Assembly: GCA_964016885.1 (NCBI GenBank)
Contig: OZ024741.1
Coordinates: 20,584,001-20,648,000, forward strand
Direction: 5' to 3'
Source: Eledone cirrhosa
Lineage: Eukaryota
DNA length: 64,000 nucleotides
This document shows positions 52,361 through 63,380 of the stretch, in pieces (the first letter of the stretch is position 1; each line of letters begins with the position of its first letter). Both the position numbers and the translations under genes were made by a program. Under the pieces are notes generated by a model that worked only from the letters and a program-made list of their open reading frames with translations, was not told the origin of the DNA and made no database searches.

Positions 52361-53884
52361 TTTTTCAATGCTTGTACATATAATTGACCTCCTATCCAAC
52401 GCAAGAGACATACAGATACATATATATATATATTGATGTACAGTGGAGTGACATATATTATACTATACTATATTTGTACAGCAATTCAAATTCAAAGTCA
52501 AAATTAAAATTAAAATACATGCGGCAGATAACACAGATAATGCAAGAGGATAGTTCGATAATCAGATCTAGTAGATAGTGTATGCGTTAGTCATACATGG
52601 AGCATGCAAGTGTGTCTCATTTATATACGAGTATTGTGTGGCAAGGTATTACATGTAATACAAGCACTTTAAGCGGGTAAGCAAGAGTATTATGGTGGTT
52701 TTAGTGGGAGGGTATTTTTTGTATAGATCAAAAAAGTATGTGTGCAGAAAAATAAAAATAAAAAGAAAGTTATAGTTTTCTCATCCCCCACCATTTTCAG
52801 ATTCAGAAAAGGGAAGTTATAGTTTTTACATCCATCACATAAGTTACGATGAATTTGTATTGAATGTTTGATGTAGTAAATGATTGTAACGTATTGAGGC
52901 TCAGTGTTATTTAATCCATATTTATAGAATAAGTTCTTTCTGCTGCGAGAATTTACAGTGGTTTATTATCCGGAAGTAGGTGTGTAATTAAGGGGAGGTA
53001 ATTGGCTGATTCTCATAACTAAATTCATTGTTCTAACATACATTATATGGTGCCTCAATTGAGTCCCTTATATAAAAGGTTATATATTTATATCTAATTT
53101 TAAATACAGTCTACTCTATCATAATGTATTAAAGGTATCTATAGGAAGTTGATTACTCCTTATTATATAGGGCTACAATTGAATTTCCCACACAAAGTGC
53201 TATATCTTTATATCAAAGTTCACTGTAAATACAGTCTACTCTCAAAACATATCAGAGGACCAATTAGAATTTTGTCTACATAACCCCCGGTAAGCTATGG
53301 AGTAGCGTACGGCTTTTTTGCATGATAAAACCAAATACACTCTTGGGTAAACAAATACATCCCTCATTTACAATGTCATTAATCTATCCATCAAGTTATA
53401 CATGCATATATAATTCATATATAATTCATTGCACCACCCTACATATAAGTTAGACAGATCCCTTATGTTAATAAATTAATCCTATATATATCTGATGTTA
53501 TTACTCTATACATTTAATTACAATTGCATATACAATTCACTGCCGTATCTAGTATTTAAAGTTTATATAGACTGTATAATATTTCTATCCCTATATAATT
53601 ATAAGTAATTTAAATTATATTAAAAGTTGGTGTTTATTGGGGATATTTCTAGGGTATAAAGTTATAGATAGATAGAATGATTTGTGTCGAGGGAAGGGTG
53701 GATCAGAGAGTGTGGTGTAGTGGTGTAAGGCATGCCCTTGAGGTGTGGTGTTAGAAGCGGTGATGGGTTCAAGTCTGACATTGTTATATATTGGGTTTAA
53801 AGCTTTGGAAGGAGAGCTGGAAGCGGTGCTGGCATGATGCAAACACTTCCAATTTTTTTATTAAGGAGGTTAAGGTTCTAAAAC

Positions 53885-54215
53885 ATTATAGTATGGGTCT
53901 CTAGTAGACAGGTTACAGAATTTATTAGGTGGTTTGTACGATGCCGCCTTACCTATCACTCATTGAAGTGTATATGATCTATTTCTAGTTTTCAGATAGT
54001 GTATGTAGCTAGATAGTGAAGTGGAGTTGGCTAGGCTGTGTTTTTTTAAAGAATGGAGATGTGAGTTGTATCTGGTTTTGAAGCAGTTCGAAGTAGAGCT
54101 TATATAGGTTTCAGAAGAGTTGCTAGTTCTGACCGTGCATGAGTAGATGATGTCCTTGATTAAGCAGTTTTTTTCCTAAAGGGCAGGTTCTATTAGATCT
54201 ACAGTTACAATTATT
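53885..54215 (-). pseudogene. Penelope-like GIY-YIG endonuclease remnant
   Basis: Hand translation across a frameshift: CNCRSNRTCPL.GKNCLIKDIIYSCTV..ETYISST..FKTRYNSH..NSTSLSSYIHYLK..FCNL. Confidence 0.8.
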
Positions 54216-54666
54216 TTGGATGTAAACCTGTCGGTTATTATGTTGTGTAGGAGTCTGGTTGTTAGGTACTGCATTATGGCTATGGGGGTTGTCGTTCCTA
54301 ATGTTATTGATTTCATTAGTGTTATTACTATTATTACTATTGATATTAGGGTTTGCAGATATTACGTTGTTCTGAAAGTTTACTCCCTGTGTTTTAGTTT
54401 GTTGAAAGTAAGTATTAATCTTTCTTTTATTGCTACTAGCTATGTGGTATGCTATGTTAGGCGTGGTAGAGTAGGAGATTTTAATGGTGTTTTTATTATA
54501 AGACTATGGTACTTGTGGTCAGATGGGAAGATTTATATATATATATATATGTGTAGATTTATATATATATGTATGTAGATTTATATATATATGTATGTAT
54601 GTAGATTTATGTATGTATATATATATATGTATGTATATATATATGTATATATATATATATGTATGT

Positions 54667-55305
54667 ATCATCATCGTCCATCTTCCACGCTAGCATGGGT
54701 CTGGACGGGAATTGTCCCACTTGAGGCAAGATTGGTTGTCTTGCTCAGGACTGTCTGGCGGGTTTTCTACGGCTGGATGCCCTTCCTAACACCAACCACG
54801 TTTACAGTGTGGAACTGGGAGGTTTTTACCGTGTTACCTACACGGCCACATTACAGCGTGGACTGTGTGTTTTTTTGTTGTGACACCTACACAACCTCAT
54901 TTGTTTCGGCCTGGATGTTGTGGTACCAACATAACTTTACATTGAAAGGGGTGGTGTGGATGGGGTGGGGGTAGTGGGACGAGGGGTGTATTTTGTTAGA
55001 GGTGCCTACTGACTGTAGTAGGTTTTACTTTGTATTTAGGTAAGGCGGGTCTTCTCTATTACTGTGTAGCGCCAAAGATCTCGGTCCAGTGACATTGTCT
55101 TGGAGAGGTGTAAGTGTGTGAGGTCGGAATTTATCAAGTCGTCCCAGGTTTTTCTGGGTCTGCCTACTCTGTGGCTACCGTCTATTTTTATTGCCCTGCA
55201 ATTTTTTATACAGCTGTCGTCTTTCATGCGCATCACGTGACCATACCAACGTAGTCTTCTCTCGAGTAAACAACATCTGATCCCTCTTATTTCTAATTTT
55301 TCCCT
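54667..55305 (-). mobile_element. RTE subfamily B, 5'-truncated (ORF end, 3' UTR and ATG tail)
   Basis: REKLEIRGIRCCLLERRLRWYGHVMRMKDD..GRPRKTW; 3' UTR differs from subfamily A. Confidence 0.85.
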
Positions 55306-55349
55306 GTATGTATATTTATATATATATATATATATGTATGTAGATTTAT

Positions 55350-55385
<36 letters not shown>

Positions 55386-55598
55386 CATACATACTTATAT
55401 ACATACATTTATATTTAAGTGTGTAAGGATGTTGATATGATCTATGTCTTCTTTTTTTGGTAAGGAGAAAATTTTTGTCGCCAGATTTTATTACCTAGGG
55501 AGATTAAATACCACACTTCTGGCTGATCAGGTTCTCAACCTCATCAAACACTAATGCCGGCCTGTGTGTGTATATATGTCTGTGTATGTATGTATGTG

Positions 55599-55649
<51 letters not shown>

Positions 55650-55959
55650 TCACCACCATTGCTTCTCATTTCTGTTGAAGAAGTCCTTACTTTCATTCTC
55701 TTTTGATATGCCCCCCCCCCCTCCCCGTTGAGATCCTTTAGTCTAGCAGAACAGGCCAGATCTAGAGTCTCTGATACGACTATCATAGGATAGTCTAACA
55801 TAACAGGTCACATCTAGAGGAGTAAGACTCGATAAAGATCCTGCTTGTCTCATAGTAAACAGTAGCTCATGTGATGATCATCAGTTTAATTAGATGACAT
55901 TGGTGTCATGAACACCTGTGGCTTCACAGATAATCAGCTATTAATTCAACTATCCAGTG

Positions 55960-56789
55960 CAACCTGGCCTCAGACAGGCTCACGCGCCAGCCCGACCAGC
56001 ACCGCCTTGCTTGTTTTCGTGCGGCCTCCAAACCCCACAGTGGTGCCTGGCTCCATGCTCTGCCCTCCTTCTCCACTGGCATGCAGCTAGACAACTATAG
56101 CCTGCGAATCGGCGTTTCCCTGAGGCTCGGCCTCCAGATCTGCCAGCCACACCAATGTCACTGCAGTTCCACCGTGGACTCTTTCGGCCTCCACCCGCTT
56201 TCCTGTCGCCACAGTGCCGGCCGCATTCCACGCCATGCTGCCTTCAATGAGGTCATTAAGCATGGCTTGGACGCTGCAGGCTTCCCTTCCCAGCTCGAGC
56301 CGGTGGGGCTGGATCGAGGGGACGGCAAAAGGCCAGATGGCATGACCATCTTCCTGTTCCGCGGTGGCAAACCCCTCGTCTGGGATGCCACTTACACCAA
56401 CACTTTCTGCAGCCGCAACCTGGTGCAGTCTGCGACTGACCCAGGTTCTGCTGCACGTCGGGCTGAGGGGGGCCAAACTCCTCAAATACTGGTCGCTCCC
56501 CGACAGGTTTGCGGTCGTTCCCCTGGCAGTGGAGACTTCTGGTGTCCTCGGCCCCAGGGCTACCTCCTTACTCACCGCCATAGGCCCTGAGCTGGCCAGC
56601 CGCAGGTGTGAGCCCCGCGAGTTGGTGTGGCTTTTCCAGCGCGTCTCCCTTGCCGTCCTCCAGGGAAACGCCTTCTCCATTCTGTCTGCCGGGGCTGTGG
56701 GTGAGCCCCATCGTGTACCAATGCATTAGTTAAATATCATTCTTTCATCTGATACAACACAATAAAGACTAAAGTGTTTAAAAAAAAAA
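55960..56789 (+). mobile_element. CRE-like non-LTR retrotransposon 3' fragment with restriction-like endonuclease
   Basis: LRLG..CHC..HPLSC..RH..RPDG..WDAT..PLAVETSG..QRVSLAVLQGNA with one frameshift in a G-run at about 56470; AATAAA and poly(A); GC-rich. Confidence 0.82.
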
Positions 56790-56801
56790 TTTATTTTGAA
56801 T

Positions 56802-57071
56802 TCAACAATGGGTTGGCACAACTGCTCCAGTTATTGGGGAAATCTATGAGTAAGCAGGTGTGGTGAACTGTATACTAGCTATTATTGAAAACAAAATGAA
56901 TGCTTCACCTTTGATGGAGGGATGACTCATAAAGACTCAACAATGGGTTGACACAACTGCTCCAGTTATTGGGGAAATCTATGAGTAAGCAGGTGTGGTG
57001 AACTGCATACTAGCTATTATTGAAAACAAAATGAATGCTTCACCTTTGATGGAGGGATGACTCATAAAGAC
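56802..57071. repeat. 135-bp tandem duplication, 2 copies
   Basis: TCAACAATGGGTTG..CTCATAAAGAC at 56802 and 56937, nearly identical. Confidence 0.92.
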
Positions 57072-57946
57072 ATTCTTATGCTAGCATAGAAAATGGACAT
57101 TAAATGATGATGATGACGAAGAAGACGGTGGCTTTGAGTAGAACCGGTTCTAGCCTTCCCTTGTTGATGATGATGGTTGTGGTGGTGGTGGTGGTGGTGG
57201 TGGTGGTGGTGGTGGTGGGTGGTGACTTTTGAGTGGAAATACTTCTAGCCTTTCCTTGAGTTAAATCTTTATAGTTGCTACACACAGTAATGCAGTGTCT
57301 GATAGGTCAAAATATCTCTAAAACTAAAACATAAATAGTATTTTAATGGGACAATATAAAGAAATGTTTCAGTTGCCTTCCATTGTAGAATCCTTTCTTT
57401 GTTGAGCTGAAACATGTGTATATGTGCACTTGCATGGATAGGTTGATACGTACACAGACACACGTACACACAGGCAGAGAGAGAGAGAGAGACACACACA
57501 CCCATGTATGTGTGAATTTGCATGGATAGATTGATATGCAGAGAGAGAGACACACACACATACATGCGCACACAGGCATACCATTGATATGCACAGAGAA
57601 AGAGACACAAACAGACACATGTACACAGATATTATATTGTTTTAATAGCTAGTCATAATTCTGCTTTTATAAATACACAGTATTAATTTCTATTTAAATA
57701 CCAAAGACCATTGTGCTTCTTCCATTTTTATGTAAGAATCACAATATATTGGTATGTTTCACTTAGTATAAAAATGTAAATGTATTTCACATTTAATTCT
57801 TTATAAAAATAACTGCTGGCACTGTTATTAAAATTTATTCATAAAAATAAATTGTATTTTATTGTATAACACACAACGCCTTTGTTTCATTAATACAGTT
57901 GTTTATTTTAATGTGTTATTTATTTCTTATGTTATCTTAATTACAG

Positions 57947-58006
57947 TCTCGTCAGTTAATTATGCAAGCAAACTTACCTCTAAGTGACTTAGAGAGAACA
58001 CCACAG
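57947..58006 (+). CDS. RPIA: RPIA internal exon ([20 protein letters not shown])
   Basis: TTACAG acceptor and GTAATA donor, phase 0; continues PTSFQ into the RQLI..LSDL..P segment of animal RPIA. Confidence 0.88.
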
Positions 58007-58084
58007 GTAATATTTTAATTTCATTTTAGATTTTAGCTTTATAAAATGATAAATTATGTTTGTTTTTATTTCTTCTTTTTGTTC

Positions 58085-58390
58085 TTCTTCTTGTCGTCCT
58101 CCTCCTTCTTAGAGGGTTGTGGAAGCTAAATCCTCAAAAACTCCTTCCAGTGGGTCCTGTCAGAAACAACCGACTCCGGCTGGATCCCCAAGCAAGACCA
58201 GCTCAGCTCATAGATATTATCCAACCCTTTTGCTCGGGGTTTACACCTAGGCCTACCGGTTGGTTTTGCTCATAAAATTTCTCCGGCGATTCTTTCCTGA
58301 GACACTCTAACCACATGTACATAGTATCGGAGCTGTGATCTCTCAATTTGGAGAAGTAGCGGCTCTACCTGGAGTGATTCTCTGATGTGT
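58085..58390 (-). mobile_element. RTE-like 3' fragment (family of 33170-33890)
   Basis: Similar to 33620-33880 on the opposite strand (QLRYYVHVVRVSQER..RPRCKP). Confidence 0.65.
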
Positions 58391-59161
58391 TATATATCAT
58401 CATCATCACCATCATTTTTACATCCACTTTTCGATATTGGCATGGGTTGGATGGGATGTTTTGTGACACTGTTTTAAAGTCAGATGTCCTTCATGATTCC
58501 AACCCTTTTAGTTTTATATATTGTGGGAATAAAATGCCAATAAAGCTAAGCTAATGTCTGCCTCAAGCCTGAAGGCTTGTTAGGCCAGTGCCTTTTCCAG
58601 TTTTGTGGTGTGAAATGAGAGTACAATGCCTTTCCTAATGCCAACCACATTTACTGTGAGTACTGGGTGCTTTTTGTTGTGACACTTACATGACCACTTA
58701 CAATGTGGGCTTGGCACTTTTTGTCATGTCGCCATCACTATTTTATAATTTAGTCATGGGTTAAAAGACTTCAAATAGATTGCTTTCCAATTATTCTGTC
58801 TATTTCCAAAACAATAATTTCTTCAGCTACAATATCTTCAATATCCTTCAACTAATTTTGAAAATCATCAAAAAATATGGAGAGTTTTAATAAAATAATT
58901 AACCTTTTCATTAGTAAGCTGGTGTTTGGACTATTACTTAATAAAATCTTCTTTTTCATCGAAGCTTTTGATATGAATATTTTTAATTACAAAATCAGGA
59001 CAATTTCAATCAGTTTGATATAAAAGGGTTGTGTTGTATTTCTTAAAAGCAGTACCAGATTCCTCTCATTCTAAGCAACTTTAAATTATCTGAACTCAAT
59101 CTAACTAAACTAGAAAATTGATAAATTAATGACTAAGATAAGGACTATTAATTCAAATGTC

Positions 59162-59376
59162 TTAACCCTTTAGCATTTAAACCGGCCGTATCCGGCCTGA
59201 ATTCTCTCACTTCTTTCTGTTCAAACTGGCTTTATCCAGCCACTTATACAGATGTTAAGGTATAGTTAAGGTATAAATAATATGAAAATCTCATAGATTT
59301 GATATTATGTGAGGTAAAGCCTTTAGTGTCAAAATAGAATAGCATATATCGAATAATGTAAATGCTAAAGGGTTAA
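59162..59376 (-). mobile_element. piggyBac-type MITE, copy 3 (same orientation as the satellite)
   Basis: TTAA-CCCTTTAGCATTTA ... GATATTATGTGAGGTAAAGCCTTTA..TAATGTAAATGCTAAAGGG-TTAA. Confidence 0.92.
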
Positions 59377-59479
59377 ACTCAAGCTGACATATAATATTAG
59401 ACCTTTGAATTGAAATCAAATTTTACACAAAGATGGTGACATCACAGAAAATATCTTTGTAAACTGAGCCTTAGAGATC

Positions 59480-60050
59480 TGTCTTTAACAGTAAGTCATA
59501 AGAGGCAGATCACCATTATGTTCCTGCAATATTCTCCGTCATGCATAGAAGGGTCTCGGTGTTGTAACCTGTCCAGTCCAGTCTTTGATGTTGTCAGATT
59601 AATAATTTCTTTGTCTGCTTTTTCATCTCCCTCCGTTGACTGTGCCCTGAAGGATGGTTTTGGACAAGGAGTTGTAGCGGGATATATGACCATAAGAGGC
59701 AAGCTTCTGTCTTTTCACCATCTTAACCCTTTAGCATTTACATTACTCTATATTTACTATTATCTTTTCATATAAAAGGCTTTGCCTCACATAATTATCT
59801 CACATAATATCGAATCTATGAGATTTTGATATTATTTATGTTGAGAACAATACCTTAACATCAGAATGAGCAGCCAGTTACAGCCGGTTTGAACAGAAAG
59901 AGGAGAGAAAATTCTGGCTGGATATGGCCAGTTTAAATGCTAAAGGGTTAAGGAGTGGTTCCTGTCTGCCAGCATATTTGTTAACTTGCTGCCTGACAAA
60001 GCTGTTTTGTGTTCCATGTATGAGATGTGTAACACAAATGACAATATTGT
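59480..60050 (-). pseudogene. Degraded RTE-like fragment interrupted by MITE copy 4
   Basis: RKLASYGHI..SKTILQGTVNGG..NIKDWTG-like residues; sequence continues past the MITE. Confidence 0.6.
59723..59951 (+). mobile_element. piggyBac-type MITE, copy 4
   Basis: TTAA-CCCTTTAGCATTTA ... TAAATGCTAAAGGG-TTAA with perfect 14-bp TIRs. Confidence 0.93.
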
Positions 60051-60227
60051 ATAATTGCTTTTATTGAATCTGACAACACTGCAACCTTTGGTGGTCTTAT
60101 TCTGCACCAGTCTCTAATTTGATTATTTTCTCAGACTTGCAAAAACTAGGCTTTTTTAGAGGCAGCCTTTATTGCTTCATTGAAACTACATCACTGGGTT
60201 GTGAGTGTTTTTTTTGAGAGCTAACAG

Positions 60228-60394
60228 CAGACCTGCCAACCTATAAAAATCTAAACTGGGAGTACCATGAAAGAAAGTGCTCCAAAACAGAGAAATGAAG
60301 CAAAATGGGAGATTTTACATAATGAAAACTATACCCATTTTCACCAAAGTGGGTGGGAGATCTCCTTGTCAGACAGGGAGAGTTGACAGGTCTG
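60228..60394. mobile_element. 167-bp MITE with 6-bp TSD (probably hAT)
   Basis: TIRs CAGACCTGCCAAC / GTTGACAGGTCTG; TAACAG on both sides. Confidence 0.8.
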
Positions 60395-60734
60395 TAACAG
60401 TATCATCCATTACTCCATCTCCCTAAGTAGTTTACCACTGTTGGTCCAGGGTTGCTTATTCATCCAGGAGAAGCCCACTTTTGTCACAACTGACCATCAT
60501 TTTGGATGGCCATATCAATGTCTAACAGGATAAGTTTTTAACAATTGTTGAAAGACACTTAAATAAATAGATCTCAGTACTCTGCTCTATAAAGAAACAC
60601 CCTTTGATGGATCCAACTAGATTGTATGACGATAAGCAGCTTTTTTTTTTATGAAGTCTTTGCATTCATATTCATACTCTTTCTCTCCCACGAGACTCTT
60701 AGTCTTCCACTACCCCCTACCACATTTCTTTGTT

Positions 60735-60782
<48 letters not shown>

Positions 60783-61059
60783 GTCATGACACACCTCTGT
60801 TTCTTAACTGCCTCCTACCAACACCCAGCATATAACTACCATTGTCCTCCCTCTCTCTCCCCCATCATTTTCCCCTGCTTTCCTCTTTGCACTCATTAAT
60901 ATCCTCTCCTCATTTCACTTCTTGGCCAGCACTCCCTTTCAGATTATACTCACCTTAAAAGAACCGTCAACATAATGTAAGAGGTGAGGGCTGTTTTACT
61001 ATGTAAGGGTAAGGCAACCTCTGCAGTGATGACACAATATAATACATTCAGTTCCCTCA

Positions 61060-61625
61060 CTAAAGTCAGAAAACAGCACAGGTCCCATGACTTTCAGAAA
61101 CATTTTTTCACATTCAGAGTTGCTGAAGCATGGAACAAACTACCTGCATCAGTTGTTAGCTGCCGAGACACTGCATCCTTTAAAACCTTCATGGAACAAA
61201 CTACCTGCATCAGTTGTTAGCTGCCGAGACACTGCATCCTTTAAAACCTCCATGGAACAAACTACCTGCATCAGTTGTTAGCTGCCGAGACACTGCATCC
61301 TTTAAAACCTCCATGGAACAAACTACCTGCATCAGTTGTTAGCTGCCGAGACACTGCATCCTTTAAAACCCCCATGGAACAAACTACCTGCATCAGTTGT
61401 TAGCTGTCGAGACATTGCATCCTTTAAAACCTCCATGCTTCCTGAGATTCGCCAACACTACACCTAACATTCCCCCTCCATACACACAGACACATGTATA
61501 TCATGACTCATACACTGTTCACTTCCCTGACATTTGTACATTATTCTATGTACTATATATGCACCTTTGATGAGTTGTAGTGCACCCGAGCACTGTACAC
61601 AATAATTTCATCATTATTATTTATT
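61060..61625 (+). mobile_element. CR1/L2-type LINE 3' end containing a 61-bp x5 tandem expansion (61129-61437)
   Basis: RKQH..FFTFRVAEAWNKLPASVVSCRDTASFK (typical ORF2 C-terminus); ATT-rich tail at about 61610. Confidence 0.8.
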
Positions 61626-62389
61626 ATATTATATGTTATGAAACAACTAGTGCAGTGTAGAGAGGGTTCTTTAGTCTTGTTGATGGTTCAACAACTTTCC
61701 TCTATAACTCCTGTTGAGTAGCTGGTGTCAATTGGAACATATAAGCAACATGTAGTCCTCTCACTTGCCTAGAAGTGTAGTTGCTCTGAAGAAATGACTT
61801 TGACTGCAACAACCTGTCAGCCCATGCTAACCTAGAAAATAGATATAGAATAGTAATGACAGTGGTGCTGACTTTCACAGAAAGCAAGTGTTTTTTCCTA
61901 CTATATCAAGCGTTAAACTAATATATTTTCCACTATACTGTGTTCATTCCACTGTAAATGCTGTTGGTGTTTGGAAGAACATCTAGCCGTACAGATCCCA
62001 GCCAAATTTCTAATCCCATCTGAGCAAGGTATGGCGCGGCCAATTCTGGCCAGACTTGTCTCTTGATGTGGATGACCCGTCTAACCCATGCAAGCATGGA
62101 AAATGGATGTTAAATGATGATGATGATGATGTGTTTACTTTTCACATGGAAGGGCATCCAGCTGTAGAAAGCTCGTCAACCAAAGGGTTGGGAGGACCCT
62201 TCAGTTGTGTTAACAACATGATAGAAAAGGGGAGAGGGGTTTAGAAATTCTATCCTTTGTCCCAAATGTAAACTATGGGATCTCAGGCTAACTAGGAAAG
62301 AATGTAGGTTTTTACACGTGGTTGATGCACAGTGGGCAGTAAGCAGCAAGTGCTCACAGGAACAAGCTCTATCAAATTCTTAGAGGGTT

Positions 62390-63010
62390 CTGTAGAAGCA
62401 GTGGACGGCCTCTGTTACCTAGGTGACCAAATTAGCAATAGAGAGGGGAGGGGGTGTTCCAAAAGTTCAGGAAGCTACTACTGTTGCTAACTTCAGAATG
62501 TTTTTCTCTCAAAATGAACGGCAAATTGTATGATGTGCTGCATGGTAGTGAGGCCTGGGCACTGTGCAGAGGATCTACCTCCCACAACTGATACACCTCT
62601 CTTGTCCAACCTATGCATACAAGCATGGAAATCTGGACATGCTCTCCCACAATATTGCTAAAATAGTTAAAACCCCACAGTTCACCCTCTAAGGTGGTCA
62701 TGCTAGTGACACAACAAAGGTCCCTAGTTCACTATGTAAGGTGCTAAAATGCTGGTGTCACAACAAAAAGTGCCCAATCTACACTGTAAAGTGATTGTTT
62801 TGGTGCCATGATAAAAAGGACCGAGTCCACACTGTAATTGTGAATGGCATTAGGAGGGGCATCTAGTCGTAGAAAATAAGCCAGAAACAGTTCTGTATGA
62901 GCAATACACAGTCATTTGATCTGACTTGTCTCATTGTCTTACAATAGAACAACTTATCTAACCCATGCTACTGTGGAACAATGGATGTTAAACCATGATG
63001 ATAATGATGT
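62390..63010 (+). mobile_element. Degraded RTE fragments and RTE 3' tail
   Basis: YLGDQISN, KFRKLLLLL and LHGSEAWAL; 3' UTR similarity; (ATG)n. Confidence 0.65.
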
Positions 63011-63235
63011 GTGTGCATGTATATATATATATATCATTTCATCATCATCATTTCATTTTACATCCGCTTTTTCCCTGCTTGCAAGGGTGGGATGGGAACT
63101 GATGCTGGCTTGATTTCTACAGCTGGATGCCCTTCCTAACACCAACCTCATTTACAGTGAGTGCTGGGTGCTTTTTTGCCGTGGCACCTCCACGACCACT
63201 TTACAGTGGAATGATAGGGACACCAGTCCCTATCA

Positions 63236-63380
63236 TCTCATTTCTACAGCTGAGTAAACTGGAGCAATGTGAAATAAAGTGCCTTGCTCAAGGAAACAAC
63301 ACATCACCCGGTCTGAGAATTGAACTCACAACCTTTCGATTGCAAGGCCAATGCTCTAACCACTAAGCCATGTGCCTCCA
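63236..63380 (-). mobile_element. tRNA-derived CORE-type SINE 5' part
   Basis: A box TGGCTTAGTGG and B box GAGTTCAATTC, then CCTTGAGCAAGGCACTTTATTTCACATTGCTCCAG. Confidence 0.75.

Larger units (their letters stand above)
52276..54526 (-). mobile_element. Penelope-like element 3' portion (boundaries approximate)
   Basis: GIY-YIG remnant plus a hammerhead-like motif and AATAAA downstream on the same strand. Confidence 0.65.
44474..55740 (-). mobile_element. 11.3-kb Buster/Charlie-type hAT transposon with nested cargo
   Basis: TIR CAAAGGTTCTCAAC vs reverse complement of right end TAAAGGATCTCAAC; perfect 8-bp TSD GTCTAGCA (44466-44473, 55741-55748). Confidence 0.85.

Noticed and set aside
49150-57626. 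YIYI/CVCV/HTHT-rich ORFs
   Set aside because: Translations of (TA)n, (CA)n and (GA)n microsatellites
63290-63380. tRNA gene
   Set aside because: A and B boxes run into a SINE body with no acceptor stem; it is a SINE head
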